The notes beneath the pieces were generated by a model, which worked only from the letters and a program-made list of their open reading frames with translations, ran no database searches and was not told where the DNA came from. This document shows positions 59,071-64,000 of a stretch of DNA of 64,000 nucleotides, one piece after another. How positions within the stretch are numbered: position 1 is the stretch's first letter; each line of letters starts with the position of its first letter. The DNA is from Phyllobates terribilis (Eukaryota), in NCBI RefSeq assembly GCF_046119375.1, contig NW_027362769.1:379998001-380062000 (forward strand), in the 5' to 3' direction. Made by a program: the position numbers and the translations under genes.

Positions 59071-59647
59071 TCCAATCCAAAAGCAACATGGACCTTGTTC
59101 CTGCGCAGCACTGGCTGCTTTACCCAAGGGGCAGCGCTCACACAGAGGATGTTAATATATTTAATACTTCCTGGCCAACTCTTTACTGTACAACTGCTGG
59201 GAAAGAACTACGGCCGCCATGACTGCACTACTGCTAGCTTCTCTTCTGTGACTCCATTTCTACAGTGTTAAGGGTTAATACCGGTTGGGGTGTGGTTGCA
59301 CACTAAGGACAATGTTTCTTCCAAATGGTGCAGGTCACGTCCGGGTCCGCACTACCTCCACTATGCCAACAGGGGCCGCAGCAGCAACCATAGCACTGCT
59401 GATGGAAGGGGGGGCATGCATCGTAATAACTGTAGATTATCACTTAACTTAGTGGTTTGTTACCACAGTACGAGCCATGTGCAGATCACAGGGGTTATCT
59501 GCCCCAGTCTTCCTGGAGAAGGCTCTAATCCATGTAACAGTGGCCCCCCGGACAAGACTACAGTCCCCAGCGTCCACGAAAGGAGGCCGATGACCCTACA
59601 GTCGGGGGGAGGGAATAGACTTTTACTGTATGAGCTTTATATATTTT

Positions 59648-59653
59648 AATAAA
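59648..59653 (+). terminator. Probable FLII polyadenylation signal
   Basis: AATAAA about 580 nt after the FLII stop codon. Confidence 0.55.
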
Positions 59654-59932
59654 ATTTGCACTTCACTTTCAAATAACGCAGTGCGGTGTTATAGACAGGT
59701 GATTTATCTGATAAATGATAGAGGGGTCCTCTGCTGAGAGGCGCTGAGGATGTGACCCCCACCCCAATGCACAGCTGCCCGCTATGCCGGACCTGGACTA
59801 GTGATTAGATGAGGATGTCTGTGATACCGGCCGGCTGCGCACATGATCAGCGGTGGGTGACCGTGCGAGAAAAACCCTCTGAATGAAGACAATGTAGTCT
59901 CAAAGAAAACTACAAATCTAATGTGTAAACAG

Positions 59933-62743
59933 TAGTGTTGAGCGATACCTTCCGATATCGGGAAATATTGGAACTGACCGATACCCAAAAAATATCGGAT
60001 ATCGCCGATTCCGATGCCGGAAACCAATGCAAGTCAATGGGACACAAATATCGGAATAAAAATAAACCCTTTCTTTCCTTGTAGGTTAATTCTACATGAA
60101 GGAAAACAACTAAGAATAATGTAGAATGTATTACATGAAAAGCCGGCAATTCATCAGCGGCATACACCGGAACCCGACAATTTAGAACAGAAAGAATAGA
60201 GCATCATTAGATAGATAGAAACATGTCAGTCACATATATATGAAGTACAGTGACAGTGTTGCTTACTGTACTTGTCATTTAGTGTAAAGGATTTATTAAA
60301 AAAAAAAAAATAGTGTGTTCATGCACTGTCTCTTTAAAAAAGCCGGCCGGCAATTCAGCATCTGTACCCGACAATTTAGAATAGAAGGAATAGAGAATCA
60401 CACATAGATTAGATAGATAGAAACATGTCAGTCACATATATAAGAAGTACAGTGATAGTGTTGATTACTGTACTTGTCATTTAGTGTTAAAATAAAGGAT
60501 TTATTAAAAAAAAAATTGGCGTGGGGTTCCCCTTAATTTTAGGCTCTAGCGGAGGTTAAGCAGACGGCTGGGGCAGATGTTTGAAGCCTGGGAAGGGGGT
60601 AATACGCACGGAGCTTCCCAGGCTACTAATATCAGCCCCCAGCTGAATACATAGCCTTTACTAGCTATTAAAATGGGGGACCCCAAAAAAAATGACGTGG
60701 AGTCCCCCCTATCTAGCTAGCAAAGGCTAGGCAGACAGCTGGGGGCTGATATTAATAGCCCAGGAAGGGTGCCATGAATATTGGCCCCCTCCCAGGCTAG
60801 AAACACCAGCCGTCAGCCGCCCCAGAAATGGCGCATCCATAGGATGCACCAATTCTGGCACTTAGCCTCGCTCTTCCCACTGCCCTGTAGCGGTGGCAGT
60901 GGGGTAATAGGGCTGGGGTTGATGTCCGCTTATAATGCCAGCTGACATCAAGCCCAGGTTAGTAATGGAGAGGCGTCTATAAGACACCCCCATTACTAAC
61001 CCCATAGTCAAAGTTAAAAAAAAAACACAAACACCCAGAATAAAGTCCTTTAATTGAAATAAACACACAATTCTTTATTGTTCTAAATTAAACCATACTT
61101 ACCATCACGCCCATTCCAGCTGAAGCCAATGATCTCCTGCAATAAAAGTAAAATAATAAAGCTACCTCATCCTTACCTTTCCATGGTTCCCACGACGGCT
61201 CCAGCTCTGCTACATTGACATGACAGGCTGGATCGCAGCAGAACGCTGCCATCCAGCTTGCCATGCCGCAGACACTGAGAAGCGCAGGCATGCTTGCGCT
61301 CTGCAGTGTCTCGCTGTGACGGCATCCAGATGAGCTGAGGTCATGTCCAATGAACTCAGCTCACCTCATGCACGTCACTGACCGCGTGGGAAAATTCTCC
61401 TGCGCATGCGGTGAGCGTGAGAGAATTCTGCTGAAGCGCTGAGCGCAGGAGAATTTTCCCACGCTGTCAGTGACGTGCATGAGGTGAGCTGAGTTCATTG
61501 CACATGACCTCGGCTCATCTTTATGCCGTCACAGCCAGACACTGCAGAGCGCAAGCATGCCTGCGCTTCTCGGTGTCTGCGGGATGACAGGCTGGATGGC
61601 AGCTTTCGGCTGCGATCCAGTCTGTCATGTGAATGTAGCAGAGCTGGAGCCGTCCTGGGAACAATGGAAAGGTAAGGATGAGGTTGCTTTATTATTTTAT
61701 TTTTATTGCAGGAGATCGTTGGCTTCAGCTGGAATGGGCGTGATGGTAAGTATGGTTTAATTTAGAACAATAAAGAATTGTGTCTTTATTTCAATTAAAG
61801 GACTTTATTCTGGGTGTTGTGTTTATTTTTTAACTTTGACTATGGGGTTAGTAATGGGGGTGTCTTATAGACGCCTCTCCATTACTAACCTGGGCTTGAT
61901 GTCAGCTGGCATTATAAGCTGACATCAACCCCAGCCCTATTACCCCACTGCCACCGCTACAGGGCAGTGGGAAGAGCGAGGCTAAGTGCCAGAGTTGGCG
62001 CATCCTATGGTGTTTCTAGCCTGGGAGGGGGCCAATATTCATGGCACCCTTCCTGGGCTACTAATATCACCCCCCCAGCTGAATACCTAGCCTTTGCTAG
62101 CTATTAAAATAGGGGGAACCCCATGTCTTTTTTTTGGGGGTCCCCCATTTTAATAGCTAGTAAAGGCTAGGTATTCAGCTGGGGGCTGATATTAGTAGTC
62201 TGGGAAGCTCCGTGGGTATTACCCCCTTCCAAGGCTCCAAACATCTGCCCCAGCCGTCTGCTTAACCTCCGCTAAAGACTAAAATTACGGGGAACCTCAC
62301 GCCAATTTTTTTTTTTAATAAATCCTTTATTTTAACACTAAATGACAAGTACAGTAACCAACACTATCACTGTACTTCTTATATATGTGACTGACATGTT
62401 TCTATCTATCTAATCTATGTGTGAAGCTCTATTCTTTCTGTTGTAAATTGTCGGGTAATGGTGTATGCCGCTGCTGAATTGCCAGCCGGCTTTTTTAAGG
62501 AGACGGTGCAAGAAAACACTATTATTTTTTTAAATAAATCCTTTACACTAAATGACAAGTACAGTAAGCTGAGCGCTGCCATCCAGCTTGTCATCCTTCA
62601 GAGACACTGCAGAGCGCAGGCATTATGGGAACTTCCGATTTCGGTATTCGATATTCTAAAAGTATCGGAACTCCGTATCGGAACTCCGATACCGCGAATA
62701 TCGATCGATACCCGATATTTCAGTATCGGAATGCTCAACACTA
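59933..62743. mobile_element. 2.8 kb non-autonomous hAT-type element whose interior is an about 2.3 kb palindrome
   Basis: 8 bp target duplication GTAAACAG on both sides; termini TAGTGTTGAGC...GCTCAACACTA. Arms at about 60265-61405 and 61435-62570 are reverse complements. Confidence 0.88.
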
Positions 62744-62989
62744 GTAAACAGCAACAAAACAGATCCAGGTTACATAGAAAATCTAAATTGAGGGATCAGC
62801 AACCTGCAGAGCTGCAGATTCCCATCAGGCAGTTGTTGAGGCACATTGAGAGTTGTAGTTTCAACAGCTGGAGCGCTGAAGGACGCTGATCACGCTCTGG
62901 TTCGCTCAATCTGCGAATCCAGAGCCTGCCTGGCCCACTACTAGAGGGAGACCACTTCATAGTTTACAGCTCCAATTGTGTTTAACACC

Positions 62990-63772
62990 AGCTGTATACA
63001 TCTACATGGAGCAAGCTCCCCCTAGTGGCGGCTGTATATAAATCAGCATCTACGTGCAGTGAGCTCCCCCTAGTGGCGGCTGTATATAAATCAGCATCTA
63101 CGTGCAGCGAGCTCCCACTAGTGGCGGCTGTATATAAATCAGCATCTACGTGCAGCGAGCTCCCCCTAGAGATGGCTGTATATAAATCAGCATCTACGTG
63201 CAGCGAGCTCCCCCTAGTGACGGCTGTATATAAATCAGCATCTACGTGCAGTGAGCTCCCCCTAGTGGCGGCTGTATATAAATCAGCATCTATGTGCAGC
63301 GAGCTCCCCCTAGTGGCGGCTGTATATAAATCAGCATCTACGTGCAGCGAGCTCCCCCTAGTGGCAGCTGTATATAAATCAGCATCTACGTGCAGCGAGC
63401 TCCCCCTAGTGACGGCTGTATATAAATCAGCATCTACGTGCAGCAAGCCCCCCCTAGAGATGGCTTTATATAAATCAGCATCTACGTGCAGCGAGCTCCC
63501 CCTAGTGGCGGCTGTATATAAATCAGCATCTACGTGCAGTGAGCTCCCCCTAGTGGCGGCTGTATATAAATCAGCATCTACATTCAGCGAGCTCCCCCTA
63601 GTGGCGGCTGTATATAATTCAGCATCTACGTGCAGCGAACTCCCCGTAGTGGCGGCTGCATATAAATCAGCATCTACGTGCAGCAAACTCCCCCTAGTGG
63701 CGGCTGTATATAAATCAGCATCTACGTGCAGCGAGCTCCCCCTAGTGGCGGCTGTATATAAATCAGCATCTA
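62990..63772. repeat. 48 bp minisatellite, about 16 copies
   Basis: GAGCTCCCCCTAGTGGCGGCTGTATATAAATCAGCATCTACGTGCAGC. Confidence 0.95.
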
Positions 63773-64000
63773 CAGTGGTGGCCAAAAGTATTGGCAAACC
63801 TGCAATTCTGTCAGTTAATACTCAGTTTCTTCCTGAAAATGATTGCAATCACAAATTTTTTTGTATTATTCTCTTCATTTAATTTGTCTTCAATGAAAAG
63901 ACACAAAAAGAATTGTCCTAAAGCCAAATTGGATATAATTCCACACCAAACCTAAAAAAGGGGGTGGACAAAAGTATTGGCACTGTTTGAAAAATCATGT
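63773..64000. mobile_element. Left end of another Tc1-like element, cut by the window edge
   Basis: TA|CAGTGGTGGCCAAAAGTATTGG at a TA of the 48 bp unit; AAAAGTATTGGCA is repeated near 63970, as in IR/DR-type TIRs. Confidence 0.7.

Noticed and set aside
59071-59275. Open frame continuing about 66 codons past the FLII stop
   Set aside because: TAG-T is not a known readthrough context and the extension looks random.
62982-63882. 16-aa periodic ORFs on both strands
   Set aside because: Direct product of the 48 bp minisatellite.

Overview
Vertebrate genomic DNA, most likely a frog (inferred from the repeat families). It carries the conserved SMCR8-TOP3A-MIEF2-FLII block known from human 17p11.2. 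SMCR8 (minus strand, runs off the left edge) is head-to-head with TOP3A (plus, 19 coding exons, 1008 aa). MIEF2 (minus, 3 coding exons, 463 aa) is head-to-head with FLII (plus, 30 exons, 1274 aa). I traced the exons by hand from translations and GT-AG signals; all three complete CDS lengths are multiples of 3. Introns and spacers hold a full-length DIRS retrotransposon, an intact-ORF Tc1, two more Tc1 pieces, a piggyBac remnant, a non-autonomous Helitron, TTAA-type MITEs, a hAT-type element that is a 2.3 kb palindrome, and about eight minisatellites. The most unusual signals are regulatory: a five-fold repeated promoter module at about 180 bp spacing between SMCR8 and TOP3A, a uORF overlapping the TOP3A mitochondrial start, a CCAAT ladder phased at 30-31 bp between MIEF2 and FLII, convergent minisatellites carrying CTCF-like motifs, and a 5.8 kb G-rich array in FLII intron 1. 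No tRNA, rRNA or CRISPR feature is supportable. No database searches were run; protein identities rest on recalled motifs and synteny.
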